Shown piece by piece: positions 1 through 9,377 of a stretch of 64,000 nt of DNA. The notes below the pieces were generated by a model. That model had not been told where the DNA came from, made no database searches, and saw only the letters and a program-made list of their open reading frames with translations. Location: contig CAVUDW010000002.1 in the NCBI GenBank assembly GCA_963740355.1, positions 896,001 to 960,000 of the forward strand, given 5' to 3'. How positions within the stretch are numbered: position 1 is the first letter of the stretch; each line of letters opens with the position of its first letter. The stretch comes from an uncultured Gemmatimonadaceae bacterium (GTDB lineage: Bacteria > Gemmatimonadota > Gemmatimonadetes > Gemmatimonadales > Gemmatimonadaceae). The position numbers and the translations under genes are program-made.

Positions 1-812
1 CCGATGTCAGTGACCTCCCCTTCGGTGCGTTCGAGGACCGGTCGGTACATGTGCTCGACGTGGCGAACCTCGAGGAGGATGCGCAAGGATTGATCTTTGC
101 GCGCGTCGTGAGCAAACTGCGCGAGCACCTGGAGCGGCGCGACCTGGGCGTCAATCATGTCATCGTCTTCGTCGACGAGTTGAACAAGTACGCCCCCAGT
201 GACGGCCCCGAGACATACGTGCGGCGCATGCTGCTGGACATCGCGGAGCGGGGGCGCTACCTGGGCATGGTCCTCTTCTCGGCCCAGCAGTTTCGCAGCC
301 AGGTCCACAAGCGCGTGGTCGGAAATGCGGGCACCGCGCTCTATGGCCGCATGGATGGCGACGAATTGGCGACACCGGGGTATGCCGTGCTGAGTCCTGC
401 CGTCCGGACGAAGTTGTCCACTCTCGACAAGGGTCAGTTGATGGTTCGTCACCCCCATTTCACCCAGCCGGTGTTCGTCCGCTTCCCGCGGCCGAGTGTG
501 CTGACCGGCCGGCTCGGCGTCGAGCGGTTCCCGGCCGCCCCGATCGAGGACTTCGATGCCGCCATGCTGCGCCGCCTGCGCCGCTTCGACAGCAGCCTCA
601 CGGTCGACTGGCTGCGGTCCGTGATTGCGCTCGCCGAGGAGGCCGACGTGATCCGTGCGGTGCGGGCGACCGAGCGGGAACAACCCCGCGATGCCAAGGG
701 GTATTTCGCCGCACAATTCCGACGACAGGTTGCGCCGCGTGACCTCGCGGCGCCGCAAGCGTTGGTGCAACCCCTGGCCCTTCCTGTTGGCGATGATCCG
801 TACGGGTTTTGA
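1..812 (+). CDS. HerA/FtsK-superfamily ATPase (HerA-like), C-terminal part; 5' truncated by window edge
   Basis: Frame open from window start; Walker B-like IVFVDELNKYAP; HerA-type IAERGRYLGMVLFSAQQ motif; upstream of sbcD/sbcC. Confidence 0.75.
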   Translation, partial: DVSDLPFGAFEDRSVHVLDVANLEEDAQGLIFARVVSKLREHLERRDLGVNHVIVFVDELNKYAPSDGPETYVRRMLLDIAERGRYLGMVLFSAQQFRSQVHKRVVGNAGTALYGRMDGDELATPGYAVLSPAVRTKLSTLDKGQLMVRHPHFTQPVFVRFPRPSVLTGRLGVERFPAAPIEDFDAAMLRRLRRFDSSLTVDWLRSVIALAEEADVIRAVRATEREQPRDAKGYFAAQFRRQVAPRDLAAPQALVQPLALPVGDDPYGF

Positions 813-813
813 C

Positions 814-1650
814 GTGACGCGGGTGGTAGTCGGATTCGTCGCGCTGATGGCGGGCGCGTGCGCGTCGCTCGAGGCGCAGCGGCCGAAGAAGTCGGCCGAT
901 GCGCGGGTCGCGCTCACATTGCGGCCGTTCCCTGGCGACATGATCCGCCAACTCGTCGAGCATGATGTCGATGAGCAGGGCACCATCACGATGCCCAGCG
1001 GCGACTCGACGGTCCGCGTGAGCACGCGCACCACGGTCATCCTGCGCTCACGGGTCGACGCGGTGGATTCGCTTGGCTCGGTGGTCACGTCACAGGTCGA
1101 GAGCGTGACGGTTCGTGCGACCGGCGGAAGGGAAGAGAGTAGGCGCGCGCGCATCGCCACCGGCATGGCGCTGCAGGGCCGGACGCTACGAATGAAGCTC
1201 GCCCCCGACGGCGAGTTGATCGTGCTGGACGACGCGTCGGCGCAGTCAGCGGCGACGATCGCCACCCTCGCCGCGCTGGTAGATCGGGTACCGGCGGCGC
1301 TGCCGTCACTGCCCGTCCACGAGCATGAAAAGTGGACCCGCCACATGGTGCTGGCCGGCGCCCCGGGCGATGGCATCGACGCCGAGTTCACGCTCGACTC
1401 GCTCACCCGGTACGGCGACTTCGCGTGGGTCTCGGTCAAGGGCGTGATGCGCGACGCCGGGGCCGATGCCGGTGCCAGCGTGGTGGGATGGGTCCTGCTC
1501 GATCGCCGGCGCGGCTGGATCACGAAGTCGCGCATGATCATGACGATGCGCGCGGTGACCGGCGCTCAGGGCGGCATGCCCCCGATGCGGTTCGTGATGC
1601 GGGTGGAGCAGCGGGTTGGGGAAGTGGCGGAGCTGCGGGTGCGGCGGTAG
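814..1650 (+). CDS. Hypothetical exported protein, possibly a lipoprotein
   Basis: GTG at 814 directly after the HerA stop; hydrophobic N-terminus with lipobox-like AGAC; beta-rich body. Confidence 0.6.
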   Translation: MTRVVVGFVALMAGACASLEAQRPKKSADARVALTLRPFPGDMIRQLVEHDVDEQGTITMPSGDSTVRVSTRTTVILRSRVDAVDSLGSVVTSQVESVTVRATGGREESRRARIATGMALQGRTLRMKLAPDGELIVLDDASAQSAATIATLAALVDRVPAALPSLPVHEHEKWTRHMVLAGAPGDGIDAEFTLDSLTRYGDFAWVSVKGVMRDAGADAGASVVGWVLLDRRRGWITKSRMIMTMRAVTGAQGGMPPMRFVMRVEQRVGEVAELRVRR

Positions 1651-1722
1651 CCCCTCAGCCAGTTGTTGTCACGTGGTTGAGTGCTCGCGCTCGCCAGTTC
1701 GTTCGAACGGTAGATTTCCCCC

Positions 1723-2949
1723 ATGCGCATCGCTCACCTCGCCGATCTCCACTTGGGTTTCCGTCAGTACCAGCGGCTGAGCTCGGCAGGTAACAACCAG
1801 CGCGAAGCCGACGTCGCCCGAGCCACCCGGCACGCCATCGACGCGGTCATCGCGCAGGCGCCGGACCTCGTCCTCATCGCGGGCGACGTCTTCCACCAGG
1901 TGCGCCCATCCAACCCGATGATCCTGTTCGCGTTGCGCGAGCTGACGCGCTTGCGCGCGGCGCTGCCCGGCACGCCAGTGGTCATGATCGCAGGCAACCA
2001 CGATTTGCCTCGCGCAGCGGAAACCGGCTGCATCCTGGCGCTCTTTCGCACTGTTGGTGTCACGGTCATCGAAAGCGCCGCCGAACGGGTGCGCATCCGC
2101 GAGCTCGACCTCTCGATCTTCGCCGTGCCTGACACCCTCGGCCAACCGTTGCCGGCGCTCACAACCGATGTCGAGGCGCGCTGGAACGTCCTGCTGCTCC
2201 ATGGGGAAGTGAAGGGCGTGCTCCCCGATCGCGCGGTGTCGGTGGATCGGAGCCCGAGCGAGATCACTGTCGAGGAGTTGCAGCAGGCACCGTGGGACTA
2301 CGTAGCACTTGGGCACTATCACGTGCATCGGCAGGTGGCCTCGCGCGCCTGGTACGCCGGATCGCTCGACTATGTGAGCAGCAATGCCTGGGGCGAGCTC
2401 GCTGAGCAACACCAGCATGGCGTGCCCGGGAAGGGGTTTGCGATGCACGACCTGGCGACCGGCATCCACAGCTTCGTGCAGGTCCCGATGGAGCGGCGTT
2501 TCGTCGACCTCGAGCCGGTGGATGCCCATTCGCTTGCGCCGGCCGATGTCGACGCCCTCGTTGCTGATCGTGTCGCGCAAGTGCCAGGCGGGCTTGAAGA
2601 CGCGGTGGTGCGCCTCGTGGTTCGCGAGATACCGCGCCACGTTGCGCGTGACCTCGATCACAAGGCGATCCGCGAGTACAAGCGTCGTGCGCTGCACTTC
2701 CAGCTCGACACACGGAAGCCGGAACTGGTCCGCACTCGTACCGGGTCCGGCGCCGGCGGCGCGCGCCCGTCGCTGCCGATGCTGGTCCGCGAAAAACTCG
2801 AGGGCCGTCCCCTCACCGCAGACGTGGATCGCGAGTCGTTCGTATCGCTGGGCCTCGACTACCTGCAACGTGTGAGTGAGCCGACGACCGTCGCGACGGA
2901 GCAAGGGGCGGAGGCGGACTTCATGCTCGCATCACCAGACGCGCCATGA
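1723..2949 (+). CDS. sbcD: SbcD/Mre11 DNA repair nuclease (metallophosphoesterase)
   Basis: Motifs DLHLG, AGDVFH, GNHD, LGHYH, YAGS; overlaps the sbcC start (ATGA). Confidence 0.92.
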   Translation: MRIAHLADLHLGFRQYQRLSSAGNNQREADVARATRHAIDAVIAQAPDLVLIAGDVFHQVRPSNPMILFALRELTRLRAALPGTPVVMIAGNHDLPRAAETGCILALFRTVGVTVIESAAERVRIRELDLSIFAVPDTLGQPLPALTTDVEARWNVLLLHGEVKGVLPDRAVSVDRSPSEITVEELQQAPWDYVALGHYHVHRQVASRAWYAGSLDYVSSNAWGELAEQHQHGVPGKGFAMHDLATGIHSFVQVPMERRFVDLEPVDAHSLAPADVDALVADRVAQVPGGLEDAVVRLVVREIPRHVARDLDHKAIREYKRRALHFQLDTRKPELVRTRTGSGAGGARPSLPMLVREKLEGRPLTADVDRESFVSLGLDYLQRVSEPTTVATEQGAEADFMLASPDAP

Positions 2950-5387
2950 GGCTGCGCGCGCTTCGCCTGCAGAACTTCCGCCAGCACGTCGACACGCTGA
3001 TCGAGTTCGAGAATGGCCTGACCGGCATCATCGGTCCCAATGGTGCCGGCAAGTCGACGATTCTCGAAGGCATCGCGTGGGCGCTCTACGGCAACACGGC
3101 GGCCAGGGGCACGCGCGAATCGATCAAGTTTCACGGCGCGCAGCCGCGGGCGTCCGTTCGTGCAGAACTGGACTTCGAGCTCGGTCCGCACCGATATCGC
3201 GTGGTGCGCGGGCTGACCTCGGCGGAACTGTTCGTGGATGGCGGCTCGGCGCCCGTTGCCAACAGCATCGGGAGCGTCGGCCAGCTGATCGAACAGCGGC
3301 TTGGCATGACCAGCCGCGAGTTCTTCACCACCTACTTCACCGGCCAGAAGGACCTCGCGGCGATGGCGGCCATGGGACCGGCCGATCGCGGACGATTCCT
3401 GTCGCGTGTGCTCGGGTATGATCGCCTGCAGAAGGCGCAGGAACTGGCCAGGCAGAAGCGCGGTGAAGTGATCGCCGCGATCCGTGCGCTGTCGCAGTCG
3501 ATGGCCGATGCCGACATGCTGGCCGCCGAAGTGAAGGAGGCGCAGTTGCTGGTGCGCGCCTCCGAGCAGGCGCTGGCGAGCGCATCGCGCGCGTTGATCG
3601 AGATGGAACAGTTGGTGGCGCAGGCCGAGCCGCGCTGGCGTGAGTCGGAGCGCGCGCAGGCGAGGGACATGGAGTTGCAGACTGCGATCATCCGTGCGGA
3701 AGCCGCGATCGAGGCGGCGGAGCGCGAGGCGGAGCGGGCGGCGCACGCAGTCGCAGAGTCGGAAAGTGTCATCGCGGGCATCGCAACTGTGCTGGCCGAG
3801 CTGGCGCCGCTGGCGGCGCTTCGCGCGGAACTTCAGGGGCTCGAGGAACGCTCGCGACAGGCGGCGCGGCGACAGGCCTTGACGGAAGAGATCGCGCGGC
3901 TCACCACCGGCGTCGACACGGCTGCGGCGCGCCTTGCACAGCTCTCCACCGCACCCACGCTTCGCATCGAGGTGCAGGAGGCGCTGGTCGAGGCGCGAGC
4001 AGCAGCGACGGCGGCCACTGATGCGGCCACTGCGCGTCGCACTGACTGGGTGCGCGACCGGCAGGAAGTGGAGACGCGTCGGCAGCAGAAGCGCGATGAA
4101 TACACCGACATCAAGACGCAGCACGAGAAGCTGAAGGAGCTGGGGCCGGATGCCCCATGCCCCACCTGCCTGCGGCCCCTTGGCGCGAGCCATGCGGCGC
4201 TGCTCGAGGAGCTTGGCGACAAGCTCGAGCTGCTCCGCGTCGAGGGGCTGTACTTCAAGCAGCGTACCGAGCAGCTGCACGCCGAACCTGAGGACTTGCG
4301 CGCGCTCGATGCCGCTCGTGTGGAGAAGGACGCTGTGGTGCGTCAGCTCGAACGAAAGGAGCTGAAGATCGAGCAGGCATTGAAGGAACAGGCCGAAAAG
4401 GCCCGAGAACTGGCGCTGCTCACCGCACAGCGCGACGAACGGGTGCAGGCCATCGCGCAGCTGGCATCGGAGTACGACGCGGCGCACCACGCCGCGGTGC
4501 AGCAATCGGTTGCGGCACTCAGTGCGCTCGAGGTTCGTCACGCCGCGGCGAAGGGAATTGCCGATGAGCTGCCGCAGCGTCTCATCCGGCGGACCGATGC
4601 AGTGGTCGCACGGGCCGCGGCGCGTGCCGGCGTGGCCGCAGCGCGTGAGGCGCGTCTGGTACACGGCTTCAGCCCCGAGGCGCACGCTGCGGCACTGCGC
4701 GACTGGGAACTGGCCACGCAACGGCGGCAGGACGCTGCCGTGGTGCGGGCAGGCGCCGAGAGTGATGCAGGCAACGCCGCTGGCGCGCTCGCGCGGGCGC
4801 TCACGGCGGCCGAGCAGGCTGCCAAGGTGCGGGAACAACAGCGCCAGCTCGAGATGGAGCGGCGGGTGCATGATGAGTTGGACGCGGCGTATGGCGAGCT
4901 GCGGGCCGAATTGAATGCCCGATTGCGACCGGAGCTGGGTGAAATTGCCGGCTCGTTCCTGACCGACCTCACGGACGACCGCTACAACGAGTTCGAACTC
5001 GATGAGAACTACGACATCATTCTCATCGGGGGTGGGGTACCACGGCAGGTGATTTCCGGGGGCGAGGAGGACCTCGCCAACCTGGTCCTGCGTTTAGCCG
5101 TGTCGCAGCTCATCGCCGAACGCAGTGGGCAGCCGTTCTCCCTCCTGGTGCTGGACGAGGTCTTCGGCTCGCTGGACGACCAGCGCCGGGCGAATGTCGT
5201 GGAGTTGTTGCGGCGGTTGCAGGATAGGTTCGAGCAGGTGATTGTGATCACCCATATTGACGGCGTCCGAGACGGTCTCGACCGCGTACTCGAAGTGAGC
5301 ATCGACGAGCAGACCGGTCGTGCGATCGTCGAGCAGCGCGATGGTGGGCGACTGACTGACGAAACCTTGGTGGGGCTGGAGGTCTGA
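2946..5387 (+). CDS. sbcC: SbcC/Rad50 SMC-family ATPase
   Basis: Walker A GPNGAGKS, long coiled coil with CPTC zinc hook, signature ISGGE, Walker B LLVLDE, H-loop VITH. Confidence 0.92.
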   Translation: MRLRALRLQNFRQHVDTLIEFENGLTGIIGPNGAGKSTILEGIAWALYGNTAARGTRESIKFHGAQPRASVRAELDFELGPHRYRVVRGLTSAELFVDGGSAPVANSIGSVGQLIEQRLGMTSREFFTTYFTGQKDLAAMAAMGPADRGRFLSRVLGYDRLQKAQELARQKRGEVIAAIRALSQSMADADMLAAEVKEAQLLVRASEQALASASRALIEMEQLVAQAEPRWRESERAQARDMELQTAIIRAEAAIEAAEREAERAAHAVAESESVIAGIATVLAELAPLAALRAELQGLEERSRQAARRQALTEEIARLTTGVDTAAARLAQLSTAPTLRIEVQEALVEARAAATAATDAATARRTDWVRDRQEVETRRQQKRDEYTDIKTQHEKLKELGPDAPCPTCLRPLGASHAALLEELGDKLELLRVEGLYFKQRTEQLHAEPEDLRALDAARVEKDAVVRQLERKELKIEQALKEQAEKARELALLTAQRDERVQAIAQLASEYDAAHHAAVQQSVAALSALEVRHAAAKGIADELPQRLIRRTDAVVARAAARAGVAAAREARLVHGFSPEAHAAALRDWELATQRRQDAAVVRAGAESDAGNAAGALARALTAAEQAAKVREQQRQLEMERRVHDELDAAYGELRAELNARLRPELGEIAGSFLTDLTDDRYNEFELDENYDIILIGGGVPRQVISGGEEDLANLVLRLAVSQLIAERSGQPFSLLVLDEVFGSLDDQRRANVVELLRRLQDRFEQVIVITHIDGVRDGLDRVLEVSIDEQTGRAIVEQRDGGRLTDETLVGLEV

Positions 5388-5389
5388 CG

Positions 5390-6367
5390 GTGGCGAGTTT
5401 GCGCACGTGGCGTTCCGAGCCGGCGGTGACCGGCCCTGAATTGATTCAGCCGGCGGACATTCCGGCCTTGAACACCGTTTTCAGCGACGCGTTCTCCGAG
5501 CGCTATCGCAAGGACGGGCTGGTTGGCGTGCGCGTTCCGTTCCTCAACCCGTTGATCTGGCGTTATGCGATCGAGGGGGCTGGCGCCGGTGCCGTGCTCT
5601 GGCGCACCGATCGTGGCGCAGTCGCGGCCTTCAACATTGCGCATCGCAGCGGCGTGGAAGGCTGGATGGGGCCACTGGCGGTGATGCCGGAACTGCAGTC
5701 GCGCGGCCTTGGCCGAACGATCGTCTCCTTCGGCGTGGAGCATCTGCGCACACTGGGGTGTCGCGTGATCGGGCTGGAAACGATGCCGCGCACGATGGAC
5801 AACATCGGTTTCTATTCGCAACTCGGATTCGTGCCGGGCCCGCTCACCATCACGGTCACCCTCGACGCGGCCACCGCCGATTCCCCGATCACGTTGCTCG
5901 GCCGGTTGTCGGCACTGGAGCGCGATGACGCGGTGCTCGAGTGTGCCGCGTTGGCCGCCTCGATACGCGACGGCTATGACTTCACGCGCGAGATCCGCAT
6001 CACCGATGCGCTCGCGATCGGAGAGACGGTGCTGATTCGGCGCGGTGGTGTGGTGGTGGCGTTTGCCATCTGCCACTCCGCACCGCTGGTCGAGGGGCGG
6101 GCGCGTGACGAAGTGCGCGTGTTGAAGCTGGTGGCGGCGACCGATGCCGACGCGGCCCTGCTCGTGACACACCTGACCGAATATGCGCTGCGCTGCGGCA
6201 CGCGTCGGGTTGCCATTCGTGTACAAGGCGACGCGACGCGACTGTATGCCGCATTGATGGCGCGTGGTGGGCGCGTGCGATGGACCGACCTGCGCATGAC
6301 GATGGCGTCGTACGGAGAACCACCACAGCCGGCCGATGGCGTGATGCTGTCGAACTGGGAAATCTGA
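5390..6367 (+). CDS. GNAT-family N-acetyltransferase (probably tandem GNAT)
   Basis: Acetyl-CoA motif QSRGLGR and NIGFYSQLGF; start may instead be GTG 5426. Confidence 0.75.
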   Translation: MASLRTWRSEPAVTGPELIQPADIPALNTVFSDAFSERYRKDGLVGVRVPFLNPLIWRYAIEGAGAGAVLWRTDRGAVAAFNIAHRSGVEGWMGPLAVMPELQSRGLGRTIVSFGVEHLRTLGCRVIGLETMPRTMDNIGFYSQLGFVPGPLTITVTLDAATADSPITLLGRLSALERDDAVLECAALAASIRDGYDFTREIRITDALAIGETVLIRRGGVVVAFAICHSAPLVEGRARDEVRVLKLVAATDADAALLVTHLTEYALRCGTRRVAIRVQGDATRLYAALMARGGRVRWTDLRMTMASYGEPPQPADGVMLSNWEI

Positions 6368-6452
6368 GGGCGGTTCGTCGACGAGTGACGCGCGCGCGTG
6401 GCATGTCTGTCGGCGCTGCCGATGTTGCGACGTGTCCTGTCCAACCGTCCAG

Positions 6453-6482
6453 TTGACGAAGGTCTGCACAGACACCTACCTT
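6453..6482 (+). promoter_or_regulatory. Putative sigma70 promoter for the downstream ncRNA
   Basis: TTGACG (6453-6458), 18-bp spacer, TACCTT (6477-6482). Confidence 0.5.
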
Positions 6483-6488
6483 CTGCGC

Positions 6489-6657
6489 AGCAAAAGATCA
6501 GGAACGGGAAGGCATAATTTTTGAGCCGATAAGTCTGCCGGTGAAGTCCGATAAATCGTGCTGACGTCATGCCCCAGTGCGGGGAAGGCGGAAGGCTGCG
6601 GGTGAGGGCTGTAGCGTATCGACGGGCTTCAAAAACCCCTTCTCGTTCCACTCTGGT
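6489..6657 (+). ncRNA. Rod-shaped non-coding RNA, 6S RNA (SsrS)-like candidate
   Basis: GGAACGGGAAGG (6501-6512) pairs with CCTTCTCGTTCC (6638-6649); TTTTTGAGCC (6518-6527) pairs with GGGCTTCAAAAA (6624-6635); central poorly paired region; apical CCCC/GGGG hairpin; flanked by a promoter and a terminator; ends approximate. Confidence 0.55.
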
Positions 6658-6700
6658 GAATATGGGCGTCCCCTGATCGGGGGCGCCCATATTCGTTTTC
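6658..6700 (+). terminator. Intrinsic terminator
   Basis: GAATATGGGCGTCCCC-TGATC-GGGGGCGCCCATATTC stem followed by GTTTT. Confidence 0.75.
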
Positions 6701-6879
6701 CGGCCGTGCGCTCCGCATGCGGCGGGAACGCTCCGGGGGGATAGTTTCTTAATCTCTGGCGGAGGCTGTCCGGATGTGCCGGGCGCCGCCGCGCGGTGCG
6801 GCGCGATCGTCGTGTGTTGTTGCCGCCGTGACCCTTTGGCCGATACCCTGGCACACTGCATGGGTATCACCGAGTTCCG

Positions 6880-7293
6880 ATGCCGATCGTGACTGCCACG
6901 CGACGCCTGCGTTTCAACGCTGCGCATCGCATTCACAACCCTGCACTGTCCGACGCAGAAAACCTTCGCCTCTTCGGGAAGTGCAACAATCCGAACTGGC
7001 ACGGGCACAATTACACGCTTGAAGTGTCCGTCATCGGTGAGATCGACCCGATCACGGGCTACGTGATGGATCTCGGCCTGCTGCGCGGGATCGTGGAACG
7101 TGAAGTGATCGACGCGATGGACCATCGTAACCTGAACCTCGAAGTCGAGATTCTGCGCGGGATCAATCCGACCGCGGAAAACATCGTGGTGGCCTGCTGG
7201 AACGCGATCGCGCCGCACGTGGCGCCGGCAACGTTGAGCAGGCTCCGGCTCTGGGAGACCGAGAATAATTATGTCGAGTATGCAGGTTCTTAG
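6880..7293 (+). CDS. 6-pyruvoyl-tetrahydropterin synthase family, PTPS-II (CX5HGH) type
   Basis: [14 protein letters not shown] active-site motif, DH and T(A)EN motifs, C-terminal WETENN. Confidence 0.9.
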   Translation: MPIVTATRRLRFNAAHRIHNPALSDAENLRLFGKCNNPNWHGHNYTLEVSVIGEIDPITGYVMDLGLLRGIVEREVIDAMDHRNLNLEVEILRGINPTAENIVVACWNAIAPHVAPATLSRLRLWETENNYVEYAGS

Positions 7294-7909
7294 GCCGGTC
7301 GACGCGGACGACGCGTTCGACAGTGTACGGCCCGCTGTCTCGGGATCCGCGCTGGCGGAGTACGAGTCGCTGGTGCGTCGTCAGCTGGAACTGCTGGGTG
7401 AGGACGCCGAGCGTGATGGCCTTGCGAAGACGCCCAGCCGTGTCGCGAAGGCGATGGCGTGGCTCACGCGCGGCTACGAGATGGACGCCGCCTCGGTCAT
7501 CGGTGACGCACTGTTCGAGGAAAATGCCGATGGCATGGTGATGGTGCGTGACATCGAGTTGTACTCGATGTGTGAGCACCACATGCTGCCCTTCTTCGGC
7601 AAGGCACACATCGCGTATATCCCTGATGGACGCGTGGTCGGGCTCTCGAAACTGGCGCGCGTGGTCGAGGTGTTCGCACGCCGCCTGCAGGTGCAGGAGC
7701 GGATGACGGAGCAGATCGCGCACGCGCTGGCCGACGTCCTCAAGCCGAAGGGCGTTGGCGTCGTGATCGAGTGTGCACACATGTGCATGGCCATGCGTGG
7801 CGTCGAGAAGCAGAACTCGAAGACGATCACGTCAGCCCTGATCGGCAATTTCCGCAGCGATGCGAAGACCCGCGAGGAGTTCCTCCGCCTGGCGCACTCC
7901 CCGCGCTGA
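7271..7909 (+). CDS. folE: GTP cyclohydrolase I
   Basis: [33 protein letters not shown] motifs. Confidence 0.96.
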   Translation: MSSMQVLRPVDADDAFDSVRPAVSGSALAEYESLVRRQLELLGEDAERDGLAKTPSRVAKAMAWLTRGYEMDAASVIGDALFEENADGMVMVRDIELYSMCEHHMLPFFGKAHIAYIPDGRVVGLSKLARVVEVFARRLQVQERMTEQIAHALADVLKPKGVGVVIECAHMCMAMRGVEKQNSKTITSALIGNFRSDAKTREEFLRLAHSPR

Positions 7910-7996
7910 GCATCGCCTCGGCGATCACGACGATTGCGTGAACGATTTTCCTGCCGCCGGCCGATCTGATCGCGCCGGCGGCAATACATTTCCGGC

Positions 7997-8707
7997 ATGA
8001 CCCCACGCCGCACCGCCGTCATCACAGGCGCCTCGAAAGGCATTGGCGCCGCACTCGCCCGCCGTTGCGCTGCCGATGGCGTGCAGGTGGCACTGATCGC
8101 GCGCACACGGGCGCCGCTCGAGGCCCTCGCCACCGAACTCGGTCCGCTGGCCAGCGCGCACCCCTGCGACCTCACCAACGCCGATGCCGTCGGCGAGGTG
8201 GCTCATGAGGTGGTGGCGACGTTCGGAGGTGCGCCGGACATTCTGGTGAACAATGCGGGGCTGTTCCAGCTCGCCACGGTTGAATCGATGTCGCCAGCCG
8301 ACTTCAGCGCCGTGGTGCAGACAAACCTCATCGCCCCCTTCCTGCTCACGCGCGCGCTGCTGCCGGCAATGCGCGAACGCGGCAGCGGTTCTATCGTGAC
8401 GCTCGGTTCGATTGCAGATCGAGCCGTGTTCCCTGAAAACGGCGCCTACGCGGCCAGCAAATACGGGCTGCGCGCACTGCATGAAGCGATGCGGATGGAA
8501 TTGCGGGGGAGTGGTGTCCGTGCAACGCTGGTGTCGCCGGGCCCGGTAGATACGCCGCTGTGGGATGCCGTGAATCCCGATGAACGCGCCGGCTTCACCC
8601 CGCGTGCGGCCATGCTGACTGCGGAGGATGTCGCCGACGCGATCTGGTTCGCGCTCTCCCGCCCCGCCAGCGTGAACATCGACGAGCTACGCCTGTCGCG
8701 GAGCTGA
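7997..8707 (+). CDS. Short-chain dehydrogenase/reductase (candidate sepiapterin reductase-like)
   Basis: TGASKGIG, NNAG, catalytic YAASK. Confidence 0.88.
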   Translation: MTPRRTAVITGASKGIGAALARRCAADGVQVALIARTRAPLEALATELGPLASAHPCDLTNADAVGEVAHEVVATFGGAPDILVNNAGLFQLATVESMSPADFSAVVQTNLIAPFLLTRALLPAMRERGSGSIVTLGSIADRAVFPENGAYAASKYGLRALHEAMRMELRGSGVRATLVSPGPVDTPLWDAVNPDERAGFTPRAAMLTAEDVADAIWFALSRPASVNIDELRLSRS

Positions 8708-8713
8708 TGGCTC

Positions 8714-9370
8714 GTGTTCACCGAATTGATCGACACGCTGCGCTGTCCGAATGCTCACGAGGATAGCTGGCTGGTGGCCACCAGCACGCGCAATGAGGGT
8801 CGACACATCGTCGAGGGCCGACTTGGCTGCCCGGTCTGTCGGGCGACGTTTCTCATCGTGGGTGGCGAAGTCCAGTTCGGCGACGCCTTAGGCGCGCCGA
8901 CGCTCGATGTGTTCGACGATGACGCGGCCTTCCGCCTCGCCGCGCAGTTGTATCTGCTGGAGGCGCCGGCCCCGGTGATGCTGGTGGGCCGCTGGTCCGC
9001 CGCGCTGACGCCGCTGCTTCGCCTGCTACCGACGGTGAAGTTCTTCGTCGGCGATGCGCGGCTACCGATCCCGCTCGACGATCGTGTCAGCGGCCTGCGA
9101 TTGCCGTCTGAGCGTTTCCCGTTGGCGGCAACCTCGCTGCGCGCGATGGCAATCGATCAGGAACACGCCACGCCTGCACTGGTCCTCGATGCCTCGCGCG
9201 TCCTGCGCACCGCCGCACGCCTGGTGGTGCCGGTCGGAACACCACTCGACCCCGCGTTCTGGAAGCCGATGGCCAGCGATGCCGAGGTGCAGGTCGCCGA
9301 ACGCCTCCCCATCGCCAGCGCCCCCATCCAACTCAAGCGCGCCCCCTCACATCCACTCTTCGAGGTGTGA
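8714..9370 (+). CDS. Hypothetical protein with Trm112-like N-terminus and degenerate methyltransferase-like C-terminus
   Basis: LRCP...GRLGCPVC N-terminal pattern; RVLR motif; 6 bp after the SDR gene. Confidence 0.55.
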   Translation: MFTELIDTLRCPNAHEDSWLVATSTRNEGRHIVEGRLGCPVCRATFLIVGGEVQFGDALGAPTLDVFDDDAAFRLAAQLYLLEAPAPVMLVGRWSAALTPLLRLLPTVKFFVGDARLPIPLDDRVSGLRLPSERFPLAATSLRAMAIDQEHATPALVLDASRVLRTAARLVVPVGTPLDPAFWKPMASDAEVQVAERLPIASAPIQLKRAPSHPLFEV

Positions 9371-9377
9371 GCGCAAC

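Noticed and set aside
2859..4871. 670-aa minus-strand ORF
   Set aside because: Antisense shadow of sbcC.
6700..6880. preQ1 or other riboswitch ahead of the PTPS/folE genes
   Set aside because: No recognisable aptamer consensus, and the PTPS is not QueD-type.
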